DNA of 64,000 nt. It comes from a virus. Every line of letters starts with the position of its first letter. Positions within the stretch are counted from its first letter, which is position 1. The notes beneath the pieces were generated by a model. The model searched no databases, was not told where the DNA came from, and saw nothing but the letters and a program-made list of their open reading frames with translations. Positions 60,321 through 64,000 of this stretch are shown here, one piece after another. The stretch lies in IMG/VR virus record IMGVR_UViG_3300042301_002170; one strand, written 5' to 3'. Made by a program: the position numbers and the translations under genes.

Positions 60321-61088
60321 ATGCCAGCACAATCTAAAGCACAACAACGATTTATGGGAATGGTTCATGCAACTCAAAAAGGTGATATGGAAAACCCATC
60401 TCCGGAAGTTGAGAAAGCAGCTAATTCAATGTCTGACAAAGATGCTAAAGATTTTGCATCAACATCTCACGATGGTTTACCTGATAAAATAAAAGAACTA
60501 ATTATTAAAGAAGCAAGAGGTCTTAAAACTATTCACAAAGAATATGGTGAGGTTGTAGACCAAATTCAAAAAGAATTAGAATCATACAAACAATCAAAAG
60601 GAACTCCACAAGAAAAACAATACGTTCAAAAATTAAAACAACTTAACGATAAAAAGAAAGCATTAGCAGCTGAGTTAGACCAAAAAATTAGTGGTATTTA
60701 CAAAGATGCTGAATTGAAAGTTGATGAAATGAATGTTACTGGTAATGTAGATGGATATGGTACTCCATTTGCGTTTGGTAAAGGTGAAGATGAAAAAACT
60801 AAAGGTAAAAGACAAGCCGATTTAACTGGATATACAGTAGTAAAAGAAAACCGTTGGGTAGCATTGAAAAAAGAAGATTCAACACCAACTCAAAAGATAG
60901 GTAGAGGGATGTCAAACATACATAAACAACTTAGAGAAATGGAACAATTTTTAAGTTGGTATGGTAAGATTAAGAATGAAAACGGAGTTTCTAATAAAAA
61001 TTTCTGGAAAAGAACAAATTCTCATATTTATAGTATAAAAGAGAGATTGTTAAAATTAGACCAACAAATTCGTAAAATATCTGAATAA
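60321..61088 (+). CDS. Putative internal head protein (DUF3008-like N-terminus)
   Basis: MPAQSKAQQRFMGMVHA; internal IKE, VDE, VKE boundaries. Confidence 0.55.
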   Translation: MPAQSKAQQRFMGMVHATQKGDMENPSPEVEKAANSMSDKDAKDFASTSHDGLPDKIKELIIKEARGLKTIHKEYGEVVDQIQKELESYKQSKGTPQEKQYVQKLKQLNDKKKALAAELDQKISGIYKDAELKVDEMNVTGNVDGYGTPFAFGKGEDEKTKGKRQADLTGYTVVKENRWVALKKEDSTPTQKIGRGMSNIHKQLREMEQFLSWYGKIKNENGVSNKNFWKRTNSHIYSIKERLLKLDQQIRKISE

Positions 61089-61699
61089 TGAAATTAAATC
61101 AATTAAAGGAGCTTGTTAGACAAGTTGTAAGAGAGGAGCAAGATTACCAACAACTTTTCAAACATATATTGGATAAATCGGGTAAATCAATTCCATCTAT
61201 GTCTGACGATGACAAGAAGAAATTCTTTAATGCAGTAGATACGGCATACAAAGCAAAATCAGAAGGTAGATTAAGAGGATATAATGAAAACTTACCTGGA
61301 AATCAAGAGAAGTTAGATACTGATAAAGATGGTGAAATTGAAGCAAGTGATTTAGCAAAATTAAGAGCTAGTAAAAACGAATCATTAAAAGAAGAAAATC
61401 CTGGTCTATGGGCAAATATAAGAGCTAAGCAAGATAGAGGTGAAAAACCGGCACATGGTAATTCGGATGCACATAAAGACGCAGTTAAAGCAGCTAAATC
61501 AATAAATAAAGGAGAATCGGTAAACGAAGAAGAAATTAAATGGAATGCAGTTGAAAATGCAATCATTAACTTTCTAAAAATGAATACAAAGATTTTAGAT
61601 AAAAGAGTTAAGGATAGAGATACTGATGGTGTTAAAGGTGGATTACAATCAATAATTGATGGTTTAACTAACGCACAACGTAGTTTAAAATTAAAGTAA
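61088..61699 (+). CDS. Putative internal head protein with EF-hand-like loop
   Basis: DTDKDGEIEASD; N-terminal MKLNQLKELVRQVVRE. Confidence 0.55.
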   Translation: MKLNQLKELVRQVVREEQDYQQLFKHILDKSGKSIPSMSDDDKKKFFNAVDTAYKAKSEGRLRGYNENLPGNQEKLDTDKDGEIEASDLAKLRASKNESLKEENPGLWANIRAKQDRGEKPAHGNSDAHKDAVKAAKSINKGESVNEEEIKWNAVENAIINFLKMNTKILDKRVKDRDTDGVKGGLQSIIDGLTNAQRSLKLK

Positions 61700-62289
61700 T
61701 GAGCAAAGGATTATTGATAGAAACTCATTTGTTTGAAGCAAAGATACAAGAAGAATCTAACGGTACTTTACTTGTTAAAGGTGTTTTGCAAAGAGCGGGT
61801 GCTGAAAATCAAAATGGTAGAAGATACCCTAAAGAAATTCTTGAAAGAGAATGTAAAAAATATCAACAACTTATTAATGAAAGAAGAGCATTGGGTGAAT
61901 TAGACCATCCAGATTCTCCAGTTATTAACTTAAAGAATGTATCACATAACGTTAGAGAAATCTATTGGGAAGGTGATGATGTATGTGGTACGGTTGAAAT
62001 CCTTTCTACACCATCAGGAAACATTCTCAAAGAATTATTAAAGAACAACATCCGTTTAGGTATTTCATCAAGAGGATTGGGTTCAGTAAAAGAATTAAGA
62101 GATGGAACTGTAATGGTTCAAGAAGATTTTGAGTTAGTAGGTTGGGATTTTGTTTCAAACCCATCTACGCATGGAGCATTTATGGCACCTGTAAACGAAT
62201 CTAAACAATGGAAGAAGATTGCAGATGAGTGTGGTAAATGGTGTAAAGCACAAGATTTAATGAGAGAAATATTAATAGAATTAAACTAA
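61699..62289 (+). CDS. gp21: Prohead core protease
   Basis: NQNGRRYP, ALGELDHP, VSH, LGISSRGLGS, WDFVSNPS. Confidence 0.95.
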   Translation: MSKGLLIETHLFEAKIQEESNGTLLVKGVLQRAGAENQNGRRYPKEILERECKKYQQLINERRALGELDHPDSPVINLKNVSHNVREIYWEGDDVCGTVEILSTPSGNILKELLKNNIRLGISSRGLGSVKELRDGTVMVQEDFELVGWDFVSNPSTHGAFMAPVNESKQWKKIADECGKWCKAQDLMREILIELN

Positions 62290-62296
62290 TACAAAT

Positions 62297-62548
62297 ATGA
62301 AACTAGTAGATTTAGTACCTGGTAAACAAATCAATGTTAAAGAATCTTTAGAAGATTTGGATACCAATTTACCCGTATCAGTTGAAAGATATTTGGATAA
62401 GATGGTTTCTCAAATTAAAGGAATGAGTCTTAGCCGTAAGAAAGAAATGCTTGTACTTGCTAAAGTAATTGAGGCAATGGGAATGGATAAACAAGAATTG
62501 ATGAGATATATCCAAAAAATTAAAAAGAATGATATTTTAGCTAAATAA
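62297..62548 (+). CDS. Small putative head protein
   Basis: 83 aa; N-terminal MKLVDL...NVKE. Confidence 0.55.
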   Translation: MKLVDLVPGKQINVKESLEDLDTNLPVSVERYLDKMVSQIKGMSLSRKKEMLVLAKVIEAMGMDKQELMRYIQKIKKNDILAK

Positions 62549-62549
62549 T

Positions 62550-62984
62550 ATGATACGTTTAAAAGACTTACTTAAAGAATCGGAAGAATTTCAACAACTT
62601 CCAACTGAATTAAAAAGACACTTTTTAGAAATTATTTCTACATATGGACAACATAGAGAAGGAATGACTAGAAAATCTGACATCAGACAAGTTGCAGAAA
62701 CTTTAGGTGGTATTGCTGATGCAGCACAAGAATATACTTTAAGAGAAGGTGGTGATTGGTTTGATAGAGTTACTATTAAACGTAATATGGGTGAGTTAAA
62801 GAAACTACAATCTGCTTTCGAAAAAGAATCATTGGAAGCAAAAGCACAAGAACAAAGATTGGAATCTCTATACGAAGATATGGGACACGTTTTGGGAAGA
62901 TATTTTGAAATTGCAGATGTATCAGAAGATGTAATGAAGAGCAGATTAGGATTGAGAGAGTGCAAATCTTGCAAAACAAAATAA
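62550..62984 (+). CDS. Putative head protein
   Basis: 144 aa; N-terminal MIRLKDLLKE. Confidence 0.55.
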   Translation: MIRLKDLLKESEEFQQLPTELKRHFLEIISTYGQHREGMTRKSDIRQVAETLGGIADAAQEYTLREGGDWFDRVTIKRNMGELKKLQSAFEKESLEAKAQEQRLESLYEDMGHVLGRYFEIADVSEDVMKSRLGLRECKSCKTK

Positions 62985-63356
62985 ATGGAAGAGTTAGCAT
63001 CATTATTACTACAAAGTAGAACACAAGCTCACTCATTTCATTTAGGTGTTAAAGGAGTTGGAGCACACTCCGCACATAAAGCATTGGCAAAATACTACGA
63101 TTCAATTGGGGATTTAATAGACCCGATTGTTGAAGCATATCAAGGTAAGGAGGGGTTAATACAAATTTCAGGAATTGGAACATTAGATAAAAATAATGAT
63201 ATTAAAAATATTATTAATTATTTTGAAACTCTTTGTAATTTAGTTGCAAAATTAAGAACAAATCCTAAATTACAAGATAGTTGGATACAGAATGATATTG
63301 ATACGGTTGTATCTTTATTATATAAAACTAAGTACAAATTGGTAAATCACCAATAA
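62985..63356 (+). CDS. Ferritin/Dps-like four-helix protein (DUF5856-like)
   Basis: AHSFH...AHKALAKYYD..D..D..VEAYQG pattern. Confidence 0.65.
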   Translation: MEELASLLLQSRTQAHSFHLGVKGVGAHSAHKALAKYYDSIGDLIDPIVEAYQGKEGLIQISGIGTLDKNNDIKNIINYFETLCNLVAKLRTNPKLQDSWIQNDIDTVVSLLYKTKYKLVNHQ

Positions 63357-63385
63357 AATCTACAAATATACAAAAAAATATTGAG

Positions 63386-63412
63386 AATCCCAAATAAATT
63401 TGGGATTTTTCT
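63386..63412 (+). terminator. Rho-independent terminator
   Basis: AATCCCAAA-TAAA-TTTGGGATT followed by a T-rich tract. Confidence 0.85.
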
Positions 63413-63433
63413 TTAGTTTTCTAAAAAGTTATA

Positions 63434-63441
63434 TACTTATT
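63434..63441 (+). promoter_or_regulatory. Putative late promoter core variant TACTTATT
   Basis: After the terminator, before the scaffold leader. Confidence 0.55.
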
Positions 63442-63444
63442 ATC

Positions 63445-63581
63445 AAATATCCCATTCATTATGGGATTACTTTTTATAGTTGATTAATGAATACCCTTCC
63501 TTATAAGGCGTGACCGAACAATCAACAGAATATCATTGGAGTTGTAATCAATAACTTCACAAGTAAATCAAAAAAATATAA
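63445..63581 (+). promoter_or_regulatory. Long structured 5-prime leader of the scaffold gene
   Basis: Three stems (63449-63467, 63479-63526, 63537-63559) between a late-type motif and the ATG. Confidence 0.45.
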
Positions 63582-64000
63582 ATGGCAAACTCAAAATTGT
63601 TAAAAGAAGCAATCGCCGATGCTAAAGCCGTAAAGGAAACTGCATTAGCAAACGCAAAATTAGCTCTTGAAGAAGCATTTACTCCACGCTTACAATCTAT
63701 CTTATCTCAAAAGATGAGAGCAGAAGCTGAAGAAATGGAAGCAGATGATGACCAAGAGGCTACAAATGAAGAATTGGATTCTACTGGTATTGGTTCTAAA
63801 GTTGGAACAGATGCAGCAGAAACACCGGGTTCTCAACCATCATTGTATGCAGATACTGATTTATCAGTAGGTGTTGCAAAAGACGGTGGTAAACCAGAAC
63901 AATCGGGAACTGACTACGAAAAAGTAGCAGACATAAACGAAGAAGATGATTATGACTTCGGTGGTGAAGAAGAAGAAGACCCTAATGCAGGAGAAATAGC
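63582..64000 (+). CDS. gp22: Prohead core scaffold protein (partial, runs off the window)
   Basis: Open frame MANSKLLKEAIADAKAVKETALANAKLALEEAFTPRLQS..., very acidic, follows the protease. Confidence 0.8.
   Translation, partial: MANSKLLKEAIADAKAVKETALANAKLALEEAFTPRLQSILSQKMRAEAEEMEADDDQEATNEELDSTGIGSKVGTDAAETPGSQPSLYADTDLSVGVAKDGGKPEQSGTDYEKVADINEEDDYDFGGEEEEDPNAGEI

Noticed and set aside
151-63036. Short antisense or alternate-frame ORFs in the track (e.g. 151-348, 8359-8574, 49213-49587, 52162-52587, 58958-59362, 62591-62974)
   Set aside because: They lie inside well-supported genes, have no recognisable motifs and are expected shadow ORFs
1-64000. Stop-codon reassignment as in Lak or some crAss-like phages
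   Set aside because: Genes are full-length under code 11, and TAA, TAG (28954, 54100) and TGA (ATGA overlaps) all act as stops
1-64000. tRNA or rRNA genes
   Set aside because: Intergenic gaps are short and AT-rich; no cloverleaf or T-loop GTTC pattern was recognised

Overview
The whole window is part of a very AT-rich jumbo myophage genome with T4-like architecture, standard genetic code and dense, often overlapping genes. A Bacteroidota host is inferred from TTTG-N20-TANNTTTG promoters and A-rich translation starts with no Shine-Dalgarno. Layout: baseplate/tail module (1-14.5 kb); T7 endonuclease I-like resolvase, primase and a fused SbcD-SbcC (15-19.5 kb); a small unannotated RHH regulator; an S74-chaperoned tail fibre (19.8-23.3 kb); a ~25 kb, ~24-gene glycan synthesis/tailoring island (23.3-47.9 kb, last 10 genes on the minus strand); a 1999-aa multidomain polyprotein (48.1-54.1 kb); and the head module (terminase, portal, small head proteins, prohead protease, scaffold start). 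Two candidate novel systems stand out. (1) The polyprotein looks like a prohead-protease-processed, capsid-delivered effector cassette: NMNAT-like HxGH domain, zincin, BECR RNase-like, ART-like and ligase-like domains separated by [IL]xE sites. (2) The glycan island encodes GT7 enzymes with a LamG domain inserted inside the catalytic fold, four radical SAM/Twitch enzymes, three GT10-like proteins, three SGNH proteins, and a stand-alone ThDP E1 alpha/beta pair with RmlC and SDRs, suggesting a branched-chain sugar. All family calls are by-eye motif recognition; no database searches were run.
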